Below are positions 29,594 to 40,012 of a stretch of 64,000 nt of DNA, in pieces. Under the pieces are notes generated by a model. The model was not told where the DNA came from. It saw nothing but the letters and a program-made list of their open reading frames with translations, and ran no database searches. Source of the DNA: Bacteroidales bacterium (GTDB taxonomy: Bacteria > Bacteroidota > Bacteroidia > Bacteroidales > GCA-2711565); contig JANQLW010000032.1 in assembly GCA_028280405.1 (NCBI GenBank), positions 9,816-73,815 of the forward strand. Direction: 5' to 3'. How positions within the stretch are numbered: the stretch's first letter is position 1; each line of letters starts with the position of its first letter. Both the position numbers and the translations under genes were made by a program.

Positions 29594-32455
29594 TTAAAAC
29601 AAACTTACATTGAGACCTAACATCCCTCTTAATGAATAGTATTCAGTTTGTTCAGGACGTTCTGAACTCCCTTGATAATATCGTAATGGTTCGTTAGTAA
29701 GATTATTGATCTCAATATAAAGTTTGATCTTATTGGTAATATTATAAGACGCAGTCAAATCAAGCGTAAAGTTTTTATCATACCATCTGTAGTTTTCAGG
29801 ATTTCCCTGAACAACAGCTAAAGCAGCTCCTTTGTAATTTCCTGCAACTCTAACAGAAAGTTTGTTCTTTTCATAAAATAATCCAACATTGAAAATATTT
29901 TTGGATTGGTTTGGTAATGCTTCTTTAGTAGTCGTTTTAGTAACATTTCCAAGATCATCTATGCTATATTTCGGAACATCCATTTCTGACTTCGTATACG
30001 TATAGTTAAACTCTACACCGAAACCACTTAAAAATCCGGGAAGCTTTGTTAAACGACGCGAAATTCCGATTTCGAAACCTGCTAACATACCATTTTCCGA
30101 ATTTTCCGGCTGGTACAATTCGTAGCGTTCTCCGTTGTAATCTACGATGCTCCGTGTATTGTAAATTACGTTACTAAGGCTTTTATAGAATACACTAAAG
30201 GAAACGAGTCCCAGGTTTTGAAAAAAGTACTCTCCCATTAAATCAAAGTTATTTGAGAAAGTAGGTTTTAGATTGATATTGCCCTGGTTAATCATTTTAA
30301 AAATATCGTTTCTGCTAACCGTTGGGTTTAAGTCAGAAAAATTTGCACGTGCATAAGTTCTTGTATAGGCAAAACGGAAATTTACATTTTCCATTGGTGA
30401 ATATTTTAAGTGCGCCATTGGTAAAAATGCTCCAAAATCACTGGAGTTATTTACTTTAACAATGGTCTTAACACTTTTACCTTCTGCATCTTTTGTTGTT
30501 ATTACAGAATGTCCGTCATATTCAATACCTGTGTGCTCATAACGTGCACCGACAATTAATGTAAACTGATCGTTCAGGTTTACCTGGGTCATCCCGTAAG
30601 CTGCGTTTACTGTTTCGTAACCATCAAAAAAACCAGGAGCCGATGAAGGATTATCTACGTCGTTCGTTATTTCATAAAAAGGATTTTTCTGGAAATCATC
30701 ACCAAATAACTTGTCTAATTCTTCAAAAGTTATTGGGTCCTGTAATAAATCGTTATATGGTTCATTAATTTCGGTTAAATAACCCCCATTGTGAGGAAAG
30801 CCGGTTGAGTTTAATTCAGCCATGTTCAAATGAACGCCCAAACCATAAGCAGGAATATTAACATCGATAAATGCAGGAGCTCCACGCTCCAGATACTTTT
30901 TTTTAAACTTATAACCAGCTTTTAATTTTACATTTTCATTTAAGTCATACATCAAATCTAATTGGGCATTTAAATCTTCCTCCAAGCTGGCAATCTGGAA
31001 TCCATAAAGCATATCAAGCGCAAGTGTACTAGGATCTAAAGAACCTGTGGGATTTGGTTGAATATTATTGAAGTGGTCGCCAGTGTATGAAGCAGGTGCG
31101 TCAATATCCAGGTATTTTTTACCGTTAGAAGCCAATCCTGAATAGGTCATTGGTTTTGTCCACATCACCATTTGATAAACAGGCTCTGAAGTACGTGTTG
31201 TGTTTGGTAAATGACGGGCTCCAAATTCAACGGTGTTATCAGATAATTTCCAATCAATGTTTAATTTATTTTCAAGCAAAGCAAAATGCCCCCCAAGTTC
31301 AAAACCTTTTAAAGTAATTCCAAGGATACCACGTCTTTGGCGGAATGTAAATTCTTCATCTGCAATGCCAAAAATATGTTCTACGGCAGTTTCGTCATCC
31401 TGAAAATCGGTATAAATACCACGGGCAAAAATCTTATTGTTATCATTTAAATTGTACTCTAGCCCTATATTGATACCGTAAGTAGTTCTTTTTCCCAGAT
31501 AGTCGCGTAACTCTATTTTCTGAATGGCAAAATCTTCTTCGGCATACTCTACTTCGTAGTTATCAGTACCCCAGTTACGATTCCAATACGAACCGGATAC
31601 AAGGAATCCGAACTTATCATTGAATAAACGATCACCATATAATAACGAAACACCCTCAATAGGTTTTTCAGCCTGTGCATTATGTCCATATCCAACATTC
31701 AATTTTAAGGTGCGTTTTACTGGTGCCGTTTTTGTAACAAAGTTTACAGAACCACCAATAGCATCCCCCTCCATATCAGGAGTAATGGCTTTAGACACAA
31801 ATACATATTCGATCATTTCCGAAGGGAAAATATCCAATGGAGAAGTTCTACCTCCTGCATCGTTAGAAGTTCCTTCAGAAGAAGGCATTCTGTTGCCATT
31901 CAACAAAGTTGAGTTCCATGCAAGTGGTGTGCCACGAACAATAACATAACGGCCTTCACCATGGTCACGCTCAATAGAAACACCAGAAATACGCTGTACT
32001 GCTTCCGCAGCATTTCTGTCCGGTAATTTACCGATTGCATCAGCAGCAAGAACATCCATAATACCGGGAGCAGTCTTCTTAATATTTAAAGCTCTTGCCT
32101 GTGAAGGGAAAAATGTACCATTTATAACAACTTCATCCAATACAATACTGGATTCAACCATATCAATAACGCCAAGGTCAACATTTCTAGCTTCTTTAAC
32201 TTCTACTTCTATCTCTTTCGATTCGTATCCAATAAAGCTTAAAGTAAGTGTTTGTTTACCAACCGGAACATTACTTAACTGAAATTTCCCGGAAGCATCT
32301 GTAGTACTACCATTTAAGGTATTTTTTACAACAAGGGTAACACCTGGTAGCTTTCCGTGTGTATCTTTAATGATACCGCTTACGGAACCTGTTTTTTGTG
32401 CATAAATAAAACTTATAGTAAATAAAAATATTACTACAAGCAAAATAGTTTTCAT
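29594..32455 (-). CDS. TonB-dependent receptor (not SusC type) with a carboxypeptidase-regulatory-like N-domain
   Basis: The signal peptide MKTILLVVIFLFTISFIYAQ sets the preferred start at 32455. Also present are GIIKDTHGKLPGVTLVV, a plug domain and a C-terminal Phe. Confidence 0.85.
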   Translation of the reverse strand: MKTILLVVIFLFTISFIYAQKTGSVSGIIKDTHGKLPGVTLVVKNTLNGSTTDASGKFQLSNVPVGKQTLTLSFIGYESKEIEVEVKEARNVDLGVIDMVESSIVLDEVVINGTFFPSQARALNIKKTAPGIMDVLAADAIGKLPDRNAAEAVQRISGVSIERDHGEGRYVIVRGTPLAWNSTLLNGNRMPSSEGTSNDAGGRTSPLDIFPSEMIEYVFVSKAITPDMEGDAIGGSVNFVTKTAPVKRTLKLNVGYGHNAQAEKPIEGVSLLYGDRLFNDKFGFLVSGSYWNRNWGTDNYEVEYAEEDFAIQKIELRDYLGKRTTYGINIGLEYNLNDNNKIFARGIYTDFQDDETAVEHIFGIADEEFTFRQRRGILGITLKGFELGGHFALLENKLNIDWKLSDNTVEFGARHLPNTTRTSEPVYQMVMWTKPMTYSGLASNGKKYLDIDAPASYTGDHFNNIQPNPTGSLDPSTLALDMLYGFQIASLEEDLNAQLDLMYDLNENVKLKAGYKFKKKYLERGAPAFIDVNIPAYGLGVHLNMAELNSTGFPHNGGYLTEINEPYNDLLQDPITFEELDKLFGDDFQKNPFYEITNDVDNPSSAPGFFDGYETVNAAYGMTQVNLNDQFTLIVGARYEHTGIEYDGHSVITTKDAEGKSVKTIVKVNNSSDFGAFLPMAHLKYSPMENVNFRFAYTRTYARANFSDLNPTVSRNDIFKMINQGNINLKPTFSNNFDLMGEYFFQNLGLVSFSVFYKSLSNVIYNTRSIVDYNGERYELYQPENSENGMLAGFEIGISRRLTKLPGFLSGFGVEFNYTYTKSEMDVPKYSIDDLGNVTKTTTKEALPNQSKNIFNVGLFYEKNKLSVRVAGNYKGAALAVVQGNPENYRWYDKNFTLDLTASYNITNKIKLYIEINNLTNEPLRYYQGSSERPEQTEYYSLRGMLGLNVSLF

Positions 32456-32693
32456 TTCTAGAAATACCATCTTTTTCATAAGATTTTTGTTTTTTGTTTT
32501 TAAGAAAATTTGATTTTGCATTTTCACTGCAAAAGTCTCTCTAAGTTTAATTTTATGCGACCTAGTTAAAAAGGAAGAACGTAAAACACGTTCTCGTCAA
32601 AAAACAAGCACGAAAATAAAATGCAAAGAACTATATTCCAGTTCTTTATAAAGGTTACATTCGTATTAACTCTTTATTAGATTTCTGTTAAAC

Positions 32694-33773
32694 CTATTTT
32701 TCAGCGTCTTTGGACAAGGATAAATTTTGACGGTATTCTGTTGGAGTAAAACCTGTAAGGGTTTTAAAATAGTTGTTAAAAGAAGATTTGGTATTAAACC
32801 CACAAGCAAAAGCGATATCGAGGATACTTGTTTCATGATCGACTTTGAGTTTTTGCTTTACAGTATTCACTCTCAGGGAATTAATATATTGGTAAAAATT
32901 TTTTTCAAAATGTTCGTTCAATAACTGGGTTAAATGATGTTTCGGAATTTCCATTTCCTCAGCCAGAATTTCCAGTGTAAGTTCTGCATTCAGGTATAGT
33001 TTCTTTTTAGACATGAGCTTTTCCAGTTTAACGGCATACTTATCTATGGCTTCTGGTTTTAGTCTGTATTTTTCATACTTAAGCTTATTTTTACCGGATT
33101 CCTCCTCTTCCCTTTTCTCCAAATGAATTGTATGAAAATAGTGCTGTACAATAAACACTACCGATAAAATGATCAATATATAGATTATAGAGCGAACAAT
33201 TAGCACAATATCTATAAAGCTAAAAACCAAAGGAGCAAAGCTAAATAGCAGCGAGAAAAGCATCATGATTACGATAAAACGGATATTTTTTAAAGAATCA
33301 TACTTATTTCTTTGTTCCTTTTTAGCGCGATTCAATAAAACAAGGCTTGCGATATAATATCCCGTAAATGGGAAAAATAGAACATAAGAAGTAAGCTTTC
33401 TATACATGATGATCAATTCCTTATCGTATTGAATAAATGCACTAATAAAAACAACGATGTATAAGGTTATAGCAATGGTAAAAGCAATTGCATGAATCAG
33501 ATAGGATGACTTTTTCTTAGATTTCTGCAAATATTTTTTGATATATAGGTAGATCAGGAGACTGTATGCGTATGCGAACCCAGTAATTAGGTTTTCAAAC
33601 AGAAACTCATCTTTAATTACGGCATACAAAACAAGTTTAATGGAAAAATGTAGAATTGCAATGATCACATATAGATACAGAAAGAGTTTAGCTTTATGCC
33701 TGGATTTACTCGAAAGCAATAAATATAATGCTATTAATACCTGAGATACAGCTATTCCTAGAACAAATTCCAT
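32694..33773 (-). CDS. Membrane-anchored AraC-family transcriptional regulator
   Basis: Multi-TM N-terminal half. The C-terminal HTH is IAFACGFNTKSSFNNYFKTLTGFTPTEYR. Confidence 0.8.
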   Translation of the reverse strand: MEFVLGIAVSQVLIALYLLLSSKSRHKAKLFLYLYVIIAILHFSIKLVLYAVIKDEFLFENLITGFAYAYSLLIYLYIKKYLQKSKKKSSYLIHAIAFTIAITLYIVVFISAFIQYDKELIIMYRKLTSYVLFFPFTGYYIASLVLLNRAKKEQRNKYDSLKNIRFIVIMMLFSLLFSFAPLVFSFIDIVLIVRSIIYILIILSVVFIVQHYFHTIHLEKREEEESGKNKLKYEKYRLKPEAIDKYAVKLEKLMSKKKLYLNAELTLEILAEEMEIPKHHLTQLLNEHFEKNFYQYINSLRVNTVKQKLKVDHETSILDIAFACGFNTKSSFNNYFKTLTGFTPTEYRQNLSLSKDAEK

Positions 33774-33900
33774 TTTACCTCTAACTAATTCAGCAAAAAT
33801 ATATATTTAAGTCTACATTTTTTTACAATTGATAATTAAGTAATAATTAAGTAACTCCATTATAAATGACCGAAGAGGTGACACCTTAAGGTGTCACCTC

Positions 33901-35907
33901 TTATTGCCCAAAGCTTTCAAGCCAGAAATCTTTTTGAAGTTTATTATAATGCAATCTTTGCTTTCCACCCCATCCATGTCGTGCGTTCGGGTAAAGCATA
34001 AGGTTAAAATCTTTTTCTGCATTTTGAAGGTTTTCAATAAACTGAATTACATGTTGCATATGCACATTATCATCCATGGTACCATGAGTGATCCATAATT
34101 TCCCTTTCAGCTTATCTACAAAAAGATTTGCATTGCCCTGATCATACCCTTCTTTATTATCTACATAGCGATCCATATATCTTTCGGTATATACATTATC
34201 GTATAATCTCCAATCGATCACGGAGTATGCTGCCCAGCCATGAGTAAAATAATCGGCTCCTTTGGTAACAGCCAATGCTGACATATATCCCCCATAACTT
34301 CCACCGGTCATACCCATTTTGTTAGGATCCACAAATTTGTGTTTTCTCAACCATTTTACCGCTTCAATATAGTCACCGATATCATGTTTGCCTAATACGC
34401 GATAAATCTGATTTAAACCCTTTTTCCCAAAATGACCGCTTCCACGATGATCTACTTTAAAAATAATGATGCCATTCTCTGTCATATAATTTCCTTGAGT
34501 ATTGACATATCTATTTCTGATGTTTTTACTGTCTGGTCCACCATAGATCTGGAATACAACACCATATCTTTTATTCGGATCGAAATTTACAGGAAGAATC
34601 CAGTAAGCCGGCATATCAAATCCATCCGGATGAGGAATTTTAAACACTTCTAATTTTCCTGCCGGTTTTGTAGGATCAATTCCTTTTGCTTTTTTCAGGT
34701 TTCTAATTAGTTTCCCTTTTGCAGATATAAGGTCGGTAGTTCTTGGAGTTGTAAAATTGCTCCAGCTATCAATAAAATATGAAAACTCAGGAGACAGTTT
34801 TACAGAATGAGTTCCGGGTTCAATCGTTAACTTTGTCAATTTCTTACCATCTAACCTTACACTATACAAATGATTATCAGCTGAATTTTCTCCGGTACCC
34901 ATAAAGTAAAGGGTATTCTTTTTCTCATTATATTTAAGAATAGCATTTACTCTCCATTCATTATTCGTGATCTGATTTAAAAGTTTTCCATCCAAATCAT
35001 AGTGATATAGATTTCTCCATCCACTTTTGTCACTTCTTAAAATAAATTCTGCACCCCCCTTAATAAAAAAGATATCGTCATAGAACTCAACCCAGGTTGG
35101 TTGTTTTTCATTATAAATTTGTTTCTTTTCACCAGATTTTGCATCAGCAACATAAATATTTAAATCATTCTGATCACGATTTAATGTTTGATATAATAAT
35201 TTTTTAGAATCAGGAGTCCAGAATGGAAAAGCAACATATTTATCTTCGGTATCATTATTATCTAACCAAATAATGTCTTTAGAATCCAGATGAACTACTC
35301 CTAATTTTACGCCAGGGTTAGTATCTCCAACTTTAGGATATCTGGTTAATTCCAGTTCTCCATGCAGGCCATTTGCACGATACAATGGAAATTCAGGAAC
35401 ATTGGTATCATCAAATCTTAAGAAGGCTATTTTTTTACTGTCATGCGACCACCAATAAGCCTTATGGCGGGTAGAACGGCCCAGGATTTCTTCCATATAC
35501 ACCCATGAAGACCAACCATTATAAATCAAGTTAGTCCCATCATGTGTTAAACGGGTTTCTTTTCCCGTTGTGACTTCAACAACATATAAATCTCTGTTTT
35601 TTGTATATGCTATCAGGCTTTTATCTGGAGAATATTCAGGATTATTCCCTTTAATTGAAAAAGCTTTTAATTGATCCCAGGAGTTCATAGATGTTTTAAC
35701 TTCCTTTTCAGAAACATATACTTCAGATTTCCCGGTTTTTACATTTACCTTATATGTATGAGGTTTCCCTTCAACATATTTTGTTTCAAGATAGTGAGTG
35801 TCATCCAACCATTTATAAGGGCTGGGTATTCTGAATCTTTGTCCGAAAGATGACGAAGAAATAAGAATAGCAAAAAGTAAGATTGAGCTAAATAGTATTT
35901 TTTTCAT
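33901..35907 (-). CDS. Dipeptidyl-peptidase IV family serine peptidase (S9B), second copy
   Basis: Signal peptide, propeller region, catalytic GGSYGGY, and the motifs MDDNVH and ARHGW. Confidence 0.85.
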   Translation of the reverse strand: MKKILFSSILLFAILISSSSFGQRFRIPSPYKWLDDTHYLETKYVEGKPHTYKVNVKTGKSEVYVSEKEVKTSMNSWDQLKAFSIKGNNPEYSPDKSLIAYTKNRDLYVVEVTTGKETRLTHDGTNLIYNGWSSWVYMEEILGRSTRHKAYWWSHDSKKIAFLRFDDTNVPEFPLYRANGLHGELELTRYPKVGDTNPGVKLGVVHLDSKDIIWLDNNDTEDKYVAFPFWTPDSKKLLYQTLNRDQNDLNIYVADAKSGEKKQIYNEKQPTWVEFYDDIFFIKGGAEFILRSDKSGWRNLYHYDLDGKLLNQITNNEWRVNAILKYNEKKNTLYFMGTGENSADNHLYSVRLDGKKLTKLTIEPGTHSVKLSPEFSYFIDSWSNFTTPRTTDLISAKGKLIRNLKKAKGIDPTKPAGKLEVFKIPHPDGFDMPAYWILPVNFDPNKRYGVVFQIYGGPDSKNIRNRYVNTQGNYMTENGIIIFKVDHRGSGHFGKKGLNQIYRVLGKHDIGDYIEAVKWLRKHKFVDPNKMGMTGGSYGGYMSALAVTKGADYFTHGWAAYSVIDWRLYDNVYTERYMDRYVDNKEGYDQGNANLFVDKLKGKLWITHGTMDDNVHMQHVIQFIENLQNAEKDFNLMLYPNARHGWGGKQRLHYNKLQKDFWLESFGQ

Positions 35908-35919
35908 ATTTGTATATTT

Positions 35920-37539
35920 TTAAAATCCGTTAAGGTCCATAACAACTGTTGGGATTAATAATAGCAAACCTAAAACGATAAGGATAATCATTAAAGGAGT
36001 GATCCATTTCACCCATTTTTCATATGGTATTTTTGCAATTCCTAATACTGCTATTAATATACCAGAGGTAGGCGTAATCATATTAGTAAATCCGTCGCCA
36101 AACTGATAAGCCATAATTGTAGCTTGTCTGGAAACTCCAATCAGATCAGAGAATGGAGCCATAATTGGCATCGTTAATGCAGCTTTAGCAGATCCTGAAG
36201 GAATAATAATATTGATTAAGTTTTGCATAACATACATAATGCTAATTGAACCATATTTCCCAACATCATTCATTGTTTGAGATAATGAGTTAAGCATTGT
36301 ATCAATTATTTTTCCTTCCTGAAGTATAATAATAATACCTCCTGCTAAACCAACAACCATGGCTGCGCCCATAATATCCGTAACACCTTCCATAAATAGT
36401 TTGGTGATTTTATTAGGAGAATAATTCATGGCTATTCCACTGGATAGGCCCATTACAAAAAAGAGTGTTGCAATTTCCATGATAAACCATTTATGTCCCA
36501 TTACACCAACAATCAAGAAAAATATTGTAAACATTAAGATTTGTAATATAAACGATTGTGCTGATTTTCTAAGCGACAAGAATCCTGTTATCGCAAACAT
36601 GCCGGTTAATATTGGGATAATAGGTAAAATTTTTGAACTTCCTCCTATTTCAAATTTAGTTTGACGAATGGAATTCATTTCAAAATCATAACAGAACAAG
36701 ATCATCACAACAAGTAAGATTGCCCAGCAAATCCACGCACTAATAGGCGTTTTAACTGCTTCAGCTTGCTGACTTTCTGATGATTTATCTCTCCAATACT
36801 TATCTTCATTAAACACTAAAGATTTGGTTGGATCTTTCTTAATTTTAGCAGCATATCTTAAAACAAATGCAATACCTACTATATTAATTATAACCCAACA
36901 GAAAAATCTATATTCTATTCCCGTAAATAAAGGAACATCCGAAAGACCTTGTGCAATTCCAATCGTGAAAGGGTTTAACATTGCGCCTGCAAATCCAAGT
37001 CCAGCAGCAACAAAACATAAGCAAACACCCATTATAGAGTCATATCCCATGCTAACTGCCAAAGGAACAAAAATGATCACAAATGCTATTGTTTCTTCAC
37101 TCATCCCAAAAACGGCTCCGAATATACTGAACAACAACATTATCAGTGTAATGATAATATTATTTACACCAATTGCCCTAATTAATTTAGCTTTTTCTAA
37201 TTTTTTAGTGAACCTGAGAAAAGAAAATATAGCTACATCTATAGATTTACTCGCATTCATAATCCAGAATGCACCTCCAATTAGAAGAATGAATATTATA
37301 ATATCAGCTTTGTCTATAAATCCATGGTACAAAGCAGAAAAGACTTCCCAGGTTTGGGGAGAGTTGTCTACATAATTGAAAGATCCAGGGACTATGATCG
37401 TTTTGCTTGATCCATCAGGAAGTAATTTAGTTTGTCTTTCAAATTCTCCACCCGGAACAACCCAGGTACAAATAGCGGCGATCACAATTATGTAAAAGAT
37501 GATTACATAAGTGTGTGGCATTTTTAAGTTTTTTAACAT
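35920..37539 (-). CDS. YfcC / DcuC-like (C4-dicarboxylate anaerobic carrier family) membrane transporter
   Basis: Polytopic membrane protein of about 540 aa. The family call is recalled from overall sequence character. It is adjacent to DPP-IV. Confidence 0.7.
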   Translation of the reverse strand: MLKNLKMPHTYVIIFYIIVIAAICTWVVPGGEFERQTKLLPDGSSKTIIVPGSFNYVDNSPQTWEVFSALYHGFIDKADIIIFILLIGGAFWIMNASKSIDVAIFSFLRFTKKLEKAKLIRAIGVNNIIITLIMLLFSIFGAVFGMSEETIAFVIIFVPLAVSMGYDSIMGVCLCFVAAGLGFAGAMLNPFTIGIAQGLSDVPLFTGIEYRFFCWVIINIVGIAFVLRYAAKIKKDPTKSLVFNEDKYWRDKSSESQQAEAVKTPISAWICWAILLVVMILFCYDFEMNSIRQTKFEIGGSSKILPIIPILTGMFAITGFLSLRKSAQSFILQILMFTIFFLIVGVMGHKWFIMEIATLFFVMGLSSGIAMNYSPNKITKLFMEGVTDIMGAAMVVGLAGGIIIILQEGKIIDTMLNSLSQTMNDVGKYGSISIMYVMQNLINIIIPSGSAKAALTMPIMAPFSDLIGVSRQATIMAYQFGDGFTNMITPTSGILIAVLGIAKIPYEKWVKWITPLMIILIVLGLLLLIPTVVMDLNGF

Positions 37540-37652
37540 AGGATTCTAAATTTTATGAGGGGCTAAAATATGAATTTTTGGGTAGAAGTTTATGGAGTAA
37601 GAAGCAGAATCTTTTACCAAATATACAATGCGTGGAAATTTTTATACGAATT

Positions 37653-37735
37653 GTCATTCTGAGCGTAGCGAAGAATCTCCTAAATGTTGCGAATGTCTTT
37701 TATTTTAGGAGATTCTTCGCTACGCTCAGAATGAC
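37653..37735. repeat. GTCATTCTGAGCGTAGCGAAGAATCTCCTAAA palindromic element (copy 3, perfect arms)
   Basis: A perfect 32-bp inverted repeat separated by about 19 nt. Confidence 0.8.
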
Positions 37736-37759
37736 AGCATTATTTAATATCTTTGTGCC

Positions 37760-37990
37760 ATGTTTGTTATATTTGGCTTCGGAGATCAAAAGGGAGAGGA
37801 AAAACAAGGTTCAAGAGTTGAACATTGTTTTCATTGTAATAATGACAGAGTATGGATTGCTTCAAAAGTAACGGAGAATTTTTCTTTATTTTTTCTTCCG
37901 GTTTTTCCTTATAAAACAACATATACCTATCGTTGTCCGATATGTAATCATGGACATCAGATAAGTAAAGAAGATTTTGAGAGAATGTAG
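37760..37990 (+). CDS. Small zinc-ribbon protein
   Basis: Two CxxC pairs (CFHC ... CPIC) with a hydrophobic segment between them. Confidence 0.5.
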   Translation: MFVIFGFGDQKGEEKQGSRVEHCFHCNNDRVWIASKVTENFSLFFLPVFPYKTTYTYRCPICNHGHQISKEDFERM

Positions 37991-37992
37991 TT

Positions 37993-39465
37993 TTAAAATC
38001 TGCTGCTAATTCTTAACTCAACGCCTTTAAAGTCAAGAACCTCATAACAAATTCCTGAATTACATGCCGGGCCTCCTCTTCGGTTTCCGGCAAATAACTG
38101 AATTTGATGCTTCGAATTTATCTTATAGTTGAAGTTTGTCCCTAACCAGGTCCGGTTTGATTCATTATCATTTAACAGAAACGGATCATTAGACCTTTCT
38201 AAAATTAGATTACAACTAAATTTTGATTTTATGGTCATGCCAACTGATAATAACTGATTAGTCACATTACTTCCGAAGCGCTTAAAATTTTGATATTCAT
38301 AATCTAAGTTTATGCCGCTTGTTTTTGTAAGCATCCACTGTGAATTCATGCCAGTGGTAATCCGTTTTTCTTCCTGTTTAAAAGGATCTTTTGCATAATC
38401 GATAAATAATTTTAAGTCATGTTTATCGGCAAGGCCGGTTGAATACTCCAAAAAATATTCCTCAAAAACATATTTTTGTTCAAAATTATTTTCAGCCCTG
38501 GTTATGTTAAAAGTTAAAATGGAAGATTCCGACAAACTGTAAAATAATTCCAGTTGATACCCTTTTTCATTAGTGGGTTGCAATACATGGGTACTCCTGT
38601 TTAGTAATCTGTAAGCATGTTCTTTTACAAGGGCCGGAGGTTCATTTATTCCTGAGCCTATGAGAAAATTATTATATTCCTTAAGTTCTAAACTCATTCC
38701 CAGATTCCCAAAAGAAGAGCTTAAGCTTAAATAAAATCCATAAGCCCCATCATCGTTCAAATTCAAAAAGTTGCCTTTATTTATATTATGAGCTAATTCG
38801 GCATAATAGGACACAGAAGAGAATAGTAATCCCGAAAGATTTAAAGAATTATAATACATGGTTTCAGGGGAGTCATTCTTCAATTGCATTACAGAAACTC
38901 CCAAGGTTTGATTTAAAAAACCATATTCAGTAGTAATAGCAGCCACTTCATCCGGACGCCTTAAGTCATCATCAAAGGTAGGTGGAAACAAGTAATTGAG
39001 CGGGTTTCCATAAAGTACTTTTAGAGAGAAAGATTTATAACGGTATTTTGCACTTACTCCTCGAATATCCTTATGAAAATAATGCCGGGAACGATAGCTT
39101 AAATCTTCAAGAATGGCACCCGGTATTTCAAAAGACCGTAATAATAATCCCCGGCCGATTGTTTCGTAAAAATGACCTGCTTTAATGTCAAACGATTTCG
39201 TTTTATACTGAAGTTTAAACTGACTTAAGCGGGTATAATTTCGATCTTCAATGGGCGAATAAAAATTTTCCAGGGTTATTCCAGCTTTAAATTTCTGAAG
39301 AGAATAATTTAACATAAACCTGTCATAGATCGAAGAAAATGAATCTTCATTATTATCAGGCAGTTTGCCATATTGATATTCCATTAAATTATAAGCACTA
39401 AATTGTGCTTTTACAGATCCAATTATTAGTAATAAACAAATTAGGTATACGTATTTCTTTTTCAT
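37993..39465 (-). CDS. Predicted outer-membrane beta-barrel protein (DUF6029-like), last gene of the thioredoxin operon
   Basis: Signal peptide MKKKYVYLICLLLIIGSVKAQ, alternating beta-strand pattern and a terminal Phe (ELRISSRF). The family name is recalled. Confidence 0.55.
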   Translation of the reverse strand: MKKKYVYLICLLLIIGSVKAQFSAYNLMEYQYGKLPDNNEDSFSSIYDRFMLNYSLQKFKAGITLENFYSPIEDRNYTRLSQFKLQYKTKSFDIKAGHFYETIGRGLLLRSFEIPGAILEDLSYRSRHYFHKDIRGVSAKYRYKSFSLKVLYGNPLNYLFPPTFDDDLRRPDEVAAITTEYGFLNQTLGVSVMQLKNDSPETMYYNSLNLSGLLFSSVSYYAELAHNINKGNFLNLNDDGAYGFYLSLSSSFGNLGMSLELKEYNNFLIGSGINEPPALVKEHAYRLLNRSTHVLQPTNEKGYQLELFYSLSESSILTFNITRAENNFEQKYVFEEYFLEYSTGLADKHDLKLFIDYAKDPFKQEEKRITTGMNSQWMLTKTSGINLDYEYQNFKRFGSNVTNQLLSVGMTIKSKFSCNLILERSNDPFLLNDNESNRTWLGTNFNYKINSKHQIQLFAGNRRGGPACNSGICYEVLDFKGVELRISSRF

Positions 39466-39501
39466 AGGTAATAATTATAAAATCAGCTAAGCAATTAATG
39501 A

Positions 39502-39990
39502 TTAAAGTGAGAGGAGTTTGTCAATTTTATTTTTAATAACTACTTCATCACCAGACTGGAAACCTTCATGAATCCACAAGATTTTACCTGTATCATTTAC
39601 GATAATTAAACTGGGGAAGGCCGAAAGGTTTAATTCTTTCATCAGTTCAGAATCTAAATCAAGCAGGATTGGATACTTTATCTTTAAGACTTTAGTTAAA
39701 GGCTTTACTTTTGCAACAGAGCGAGGGCCATCGCAATTTATTCCGATGACCTTTACTCCTTTTTCCTGATAATCAACACTGATCTTGTTCAGTTCTTTGA
39801 TCGCCTTTTTACATGGTTTACACCAACTTGCCCAGAAATCGATGAGTGTTAATTTTTCTCCTTTTAATTCTTCAAATGATTGATATGAATTATTCAAATC
39901 TTTATAAGAAAAATTACTTATTTGTTGAGCATATAATCCATGGGCAATCAACAATAAGAAAGTAATAAAGAACACTTTTCTTATTCTCAT
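39502..39990 (-). CDS. TlpA-family periplasmic thiol:disulfide oxidoreductase (Cys form)
   Basis: Signal peptide and DFWASWCKPCKKAIKEL. Confidence 0.85.
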   Translation of the reverse strand: MRIRKVFFITFLLLIAHGLYAQQISNFSYKDLNNSYQSFEELKGEKLTLIDFWASWCKPCKKAIKELNKISVDYQEKGVKVIGINCDGPRSVAKVKPLTKVLKIKYPILLDLDSELMKELNLSAFPSLIIVNDTGKILWIHEGFQSGDEVVIKNKIDKLLSL

Positions 39991-40012
39991 AACATTTTAA
40001 ATTAGATGATGA

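Noticed and set aside
37578-37871. A 97-aa ORF upstream of the zinc-ribbon gene.
   Set aside because: It is a translation across the 32-bp-arm palindromic repeat (37653-37735). Such repeat-derived ORFs are artefacts.
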